From an uncultured archaeon (lineage in GTDB: Archaea > Thermoproteota > Nitrososphaeria > Nitrososphaerales > Gagatemarchaeaceae): a stretch of 64,000 bases of DNA. Numbering within the stretch: position 1 is the stretch's first letter; each line of letters starts with the position of its first letter. The position numbers and the translations under genes are program-made. The stretch covers positions 1,792,001-1,856,000 of the forward strand of contig CAWCYD010000003.1 of assembly GCA_963799775.1 (NCBI GenBank), read 5' to 3'. This document shows positions 60,272 through 64,000 of the stretch, one piece after another. The notes under the pieces were generated by a model, which saw only the letters and a program-made list of their open reading frames with translations, searched no databases and was not told the origin of the DNA.

Positions 60272-61579
60272 CTACTCTTCTTCGATTTTCATCGTGGAAA
60301 CGAAGCGCAGGAACTCGTCTTCAGTCACCCAGTCGACCCTCAGGTATTCCACGATGTCCTTGCTTTCCATCCCTATCCTGCGTGCCTCCTCGACAGCCAC
60401 CTTGTACGCCTCTATCTCCGTGGGCCTCTCGAAGTAGGCGTAACGCCTGTCGTAGAGCTCCTTCCCCTCCATGAACTGCTTCACATGGGTAAGCTCGTGC
60501 AGGACGTCGAGGTAGAGGTGCTTCTCGTCGCCCGTCCTGAGGTACTCGGGGTTGATGATTATGTCCCCGGTGTCGCCGTCCACACGAAGATATCCGACGG
60601 GGGAGTCCATCAGGACCTTGAGCTTGGAGATGACTCTCTTCGTCTCCTGACCGAAGAGCCGCTTCACCGCCTCTAGCTCTTCGAAGCCAGAGAAAATCTC
60701 GGCGAAGGGGGTCACTGGAAGGGCCATCGCTTCTCTCTTGATCGAGATCCCGAAGCCCTCTCCAGAGGGCATGGCCTTCTTCGCAGCCAGCGTCTTTCGG
60801 TCCCGGCGCTCGAGGAGGCTCTTGACGTAGGCCTGCTTGAACCCCTGCCTCAAGTAGAAGCGCTCCACGTGGTCGCTGAGCATGGTCTGAAGGATCAGCC
60901 TCCTCTTCTCGCCCTTGGCCACCTCCTGCATCCGCCTCACGACCGCGGCAGCCACACCCTTGCCTCTGAAACTGGGGACCGTCCCGATGCAGTAGGCCCC
61001 GGCGACGCCTCCCGCGCTCCTATACATCGCAGCGCAGCCTACGGGCTCGTCCCCGATCCTCGCCAGGAGGACGCTCGCTTTCTTGTCCTTGACTACCTTC
61101 CGCATGATCTGGCTCACCTTGGCGTTCAGCTTCTGGTCTCCGTAGAACGCCTCGAGGTAAGTCCGAGTCCACTGCTGAAGCTCGCCCCTCCTCGAGCCGG
61201 CGCTAACCTGATTGACCAAGACCTCAGGATTGGGAGCCGAGTCCGCCTTCGAAGAGCTCTCCATTACGAGCATCCTGTCGGCCACGCCGTACCCCTTCGA
61301 GGCGAGGAGCGCGTGCATCTTGTCCCACTGACGGCCGTCCTCGACCATGATTGAGGGCACCTTCCTCCCTCTCTTCGCGAACTCCTTCTCAATCGCCTCG
61401 ACCGCGTCCCGCGGGCCATTCTCTACTCCCAAGAAGCCGCCACGGTTGAAGAACTCCTCGTCCTTGAACGCGTTCGAGAAGATGGCGTAGCTGTTCTTCG
61501 AGACCCAAGCGACCTCATCGACCCACTTGCCCCACCAGCTCACCTCGTTGAGCTCATAGTCCCCCGTCTCACTGGGCAA
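60272..61579 (-). CDS. GNAT acetyltransferase fused to an HExxH metallopeptidase-like domain
   Basis: IGTVPSFRGKGVA...FYLRQGF; C-terminal VLHELTHVKQ...EIEAY. Confidence 0.75.
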   Translation of the reverse strand: MPSETGDYELNEVSWWGKWVDEVAWVSKNSYAIFSNAFKDEEFFNRGGFLGVENGPRDAVEAIEKEFAKRGRKVPSIMVEDGRQWDKMHALLASKGYGVADRMLVMESSSKADSAPNPEVLVNQVSAGSRRGELQQWTRTYLEAFYGDQKLNAKVSQIMRKVVKDKKASVLLARIGDEPVGCAAMYRSAGGVAGAYCIGTVPSFRGKGVAAAVVRRMQEVAKGEKRRLILQTMLSDHVERFYLRQGFKQAYVKSLLERRDRKTLAAKKAMPSGEGFGISIKREAMALPVTPFAEIFSGFEELEAVKRLFGQETKRVISKLKVLMDSPVGYLRVDGDTGDIIINPEYLRTGDEKHLYLDVLHELTHVKQFMEGKELYDRRYAYFERPTEIEAYKVAVEEARRIGMESKDIVEYLRVDWVTEDEFLRFVSTMKIEEE

Positions 61580-62783
61580 GGAAGTCCACTCCCAGAATAT
61601 CGGAGACCAGTCGGAGGGCCGCGTAGCGGACCGCGGGGTCGGCCATGCTCTTGCCTATCAGCTCGCTCTCGACCCACTTCATGGCCTTCGGGGTATCGAG
61701 GTCGTCGTCCATCGCAGCGTAGAATGGGGAAAGCAATTCCCTCACCTCCTCGGGTCGGGGTTCCTCCTTGCTCGCGGCCTTCTTCGCGGAGGCCTTCAGG
61801 CCCCGTGTCTTGGATACCAGTCTAGCGTACGCCTTGCTGGCTCTCGTCAGGCCCGCAAAGGTGAACTCGACGTCGTCTCTGTAGTGCCAGGAGAGGAGGT
61901 AGTATCTCAGCGCTTCTGCCTTGTATTCTCTGAGTATCTCTCTGACCAAGGCCGTGTTCCCCACAGACTTTGACATCTTCCGTCCGGACACATTGAGCAG
62001 GCCTGTGTGGACCCAGAACCTCACCAGAGGCCGAATCCCCGTAAGAGATTCTCCTTGGGCGAGCTCTGCCTCATGATGGGGGTAGATCAGCTCGTACGCC
62101 CCGCCATGGATATCATACTGCGGCCCGAAGTTAGTCAGAGTGACCGCGGTGTCCTCGATATGCCAGCCGGGCGACCCCCTTCCCCAGGGGCTGTCCCACT
62201 TACCCTCCTCGAGGATTATCGGCCGCCACAAGGAAAAATCGAGGAGGTTCCTCTTGTTCGGCGTGAGTTCGAGCGGCCTCAGAGAGAGGCCGTCCTTCGA
62301 CTGGTGCGAGAGCTCGCCGTAGTAGGGATACTTCGAGGTGTCGAAGTAGATTACACCATCGGCCAGGTAAGCATAGCCGTTCTTCAGCAGGACAGAGATT
62401 TGGTCTATCATCACAGACGTGTACTTGGACACGCGCTCGAAGCTCGTGACGGACTTGACGTCCAGGTTTCTCAGGTCCTGGAAGAAGGCCGCCGTGTACT
62501 TCTCCACGATTTTGCTCGTGGTCGTCCGCCCCTCCATTGCCGCCTCTGTTATCCTGTCGTCGATATCGGTGATGTTGACGAGGAAGGTGACGCGAAGGCC
62601 TAGGTGGGTCAGGTATCTGGCGAGCATGTCGTAGAAGACATAGGTGCGCGCGTTCCCCACATGGATGAAGCTCTGGACCGTGGGGCCGCAGACGAACATG
62701 CGGACGGTCTCGCCGGGGACGACCTTGTAGGGCTCTTTCTCCTGGCTCTTTGAGTTGAAGAGCGCGAGCCTGCTTCTAGTCAA
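61569..62783 (-). CDS. cysS: Cysteinyl-tRNA synthetase
   Basis: CGPTV, HVGNAR, NITDIDD, PGWHIE, PHHEAE, KMSKS. Confidence 0.95.
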   Translation of the reverse strand: MTRSRLALFNSKSQEKEPYKVVPGETVRMFVCGPTVQSFIHVGNARTYVFYDMLARYLTHLGLRVTFLVNITDIDDRITEAAMEGRTTTSKIVEKYTAAFFQDLRNLDVKSVTSFERVSKYTSVMIDQISVLLKNGYAYLADGVIYFDTSKYPYYGELSHQSKDGLSLRPLELTPNKRNLLDFSLWRPIILEEGKWDSPWGRGSPGWHIEDTAVTLTNFGPQYDIHGGAYELIYPHHEAELAQGESLTGIRPLVRFWVHTGLLNVSGRKMSKSVGNTALVREILREYKAEALRYYLLSWHYRDDVEFTFAGLTRASKAYARLVSKTRGLKASAKKAASKEEPRPEEVRELLSPFYAAMDDDLDTPKAMKWVESELIGKSMADPAVRYAALRLVSDILGVDFLAQ

Positions 62784-62876
62784 GCTTCGACCTCACGGCG
62801 AACCCGGCTTGTATGTTAGCCTTTTTCGGAGGCACAAGTCTCATATCCCCTGTGCCGGACTGTCGAGCGGTTCTCC

Positions 62877-63183
62877 ATGGGGAAGCTTTTCTTCGAGAAG
62901 GGCGTCAACTCCTTTCCCAAGCTCGTGGACGAGATAAACTGGCTCGACCTAGACAGCGGCATAAGGAACCTTCGCTGAGTACGACGGAAAGAAGAAGCAA
63001 CTGGTCTTCGTGACGAGGTCGCCGCATGACACCTACACCCTGATGGTCTACGAGAACAATTCCAAGACGAGCCATCCCATCGTGGGCAAGAGGCTGCTCG
63101 TAAAGGAATTCAAGAAGAGCGAAGACCTGACGGATTTCATGCGGACTCTGCTCTCAAAACCTGTCAGAGCGTTCGTGTATTAG
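62877..63183 (+). CDS. Hypothetical protein, frameshifted near 62970; not in the ORF track
   Basis: MGKLFFEKGVNSFPKLVDEINWLDLDSGIR / FAEYDGKKKQLVFVTRSPHDTYTLMVYE...RAFVY*; host-like codons. Confidence 0.45.
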
Positions 63184-63185
63184 AT

Positions 63186-63331
63186 TGGTGCGAGAGGTGG
63201 GATTCGAACCCACGAACGCCTAAACGAGCGGATTTCTCCTTGCGTCGCCGTAGGCCCTGGAGCGACATCTGATCTTGAGTATCGGCGCCGAATCGGCCCC
63301 GCCGCCGTTGACCAGGCTTAGCTACTCTCGC
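63186..63331 (-). tRNA. tRNA-Leu(CAA) with two introns (30/31, 37/38), CCA encoded
   Basis: Removing 63298-63281 and 63273-63234 gives GCGGA-CTCAAGA-TCCGC; BHB helices CGGC/GCCG and CTCA/GGAG. Confidence 0.9.
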
Positions 63332-63480
63332 AAGAATTCGAGGCCCGCATGCAGTCAAAAAGCCTTTCGTCTCGTCGGGCCTCGACCACCCGTCCTGGAC
63401 ATGCGATTCCATATTCTACGTGCCATAGCCTTATAGCACTCGTCACGTCCTAATCACACAATTGCATGGAGGCGTTACCG

Positions 63481-64000
63481 ATGAAAAGAGACGATTTTTC
63501 ATGGATGATCGGCGGAGCACAGGGGAGCGGAGTGGACACCCCCGCGAGCATCTTCGCAAAGGCGGTCGCACGAGCGGGTTACTACGTCTACGGCACACGA
63601 GAGTATTACTCTAACATAAAGGGCGAGCACAGCTACTTCCAGGTAAGGTTCGGCAGGAAGTTCCTCAGGTCGCACCTCAACACCGTAGACATGCTCGCGA
63701 CGTTCGACGACGAGACGGTCGCGCGGCACGCGTTCGAGGTCCGCGAGGGCGGGGCCATAATATTCGACCAGGGCGTGGTCGACAACAAGGTACAGGACAT
63801 CCCTACCATCGAGCCCAACGTCATGAAGTTCCTGAAGGCGGACCTAGACAAGAGCGGCCAGCCCTACACCATCAACGGAGTCCTCGAGCTCGCGCGGAGG
63901 AGGGGCGTCCACCTCTACCCTATTCCATACATGGACATCCTGAAGCGGTTGGCCACCAAGTTCGGGGCACCCGCCGTTGAGCTCGCTGACGCGGATGACG
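63481..64000 (+). CDS. 2-oxoacid:ferredoxin oxidoreductase alpha subunit (partial, runs off window)
   Basis: Manual translation: MKRDDFSWMIGGAQGSGVDT...REYYSNIKGEHSYFQVR. Confidence 0.9.
   Translation, partial: MKRDDFSWMIGGAQGSGVDTPASIFAKAVARAGYYVYGTREYYSNIKGEHSYFQVRFGRKFLRSHLNTVDMLATFDDETVARHAFEVREGGAIIFDQGVVDNKVQDIPTIEPNVMKFLKADLDKSGQPYTINGVLELARRRGVHLYPIPYMDILKRLATKFGAPAVELADADD

Overview
GC-rich archaeal chromosome segment. Gene content (PolD, Cdc6/Orc1 with ORB origin, Elf1, Alba, Sec61beta, GGGPS, ThyX) fits Nitrososphaerota/Thaumarchaeota, probably a non-ammonia-oxidising lineage; the taxonomy is an inference. The left part holds a replication-origin locus (polD-DP2, three putative DNA-binding proteins, ORB boxes, cdc6, polD-DP1). 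Seven tRNA genes carry 13 bulge-helix-bulge (BHB)-type introns, including a tRNA-Met with four introns and tRNA-Ser and tRNA-Pro with three each. The most striking locus is 34.7-39.4 kb. A catalytically intact TnpB without TnpA has a predicted omegaRNA guide matching the exon-exon junction of the adjacent intron-containing tRNA-Thr(UGU), right after a TTAC motif, so it should cut only intron-less alleles. Next to it lie a degraded PD-(D/E)XK gene, a Hel308-like winged-helix protein and a solo Cas1 with an N-terminal wHTH and Cys/Zn domains; no CRISPR array, cas2 or PolB is in the window. Other accessory elements are two paralogous G1-peptidase plus membrane-partner cassettes at tRNA 3' ends, a free-standing LAGLIDADG gene, a PD-(D/E)XK gene abutting a compositionally foreign ychF 3' end, and a structured queT-queC leader. 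Many frameshifts, some in essential genes, suggest assembly indel errors. All calls are by eye; no searches were run.
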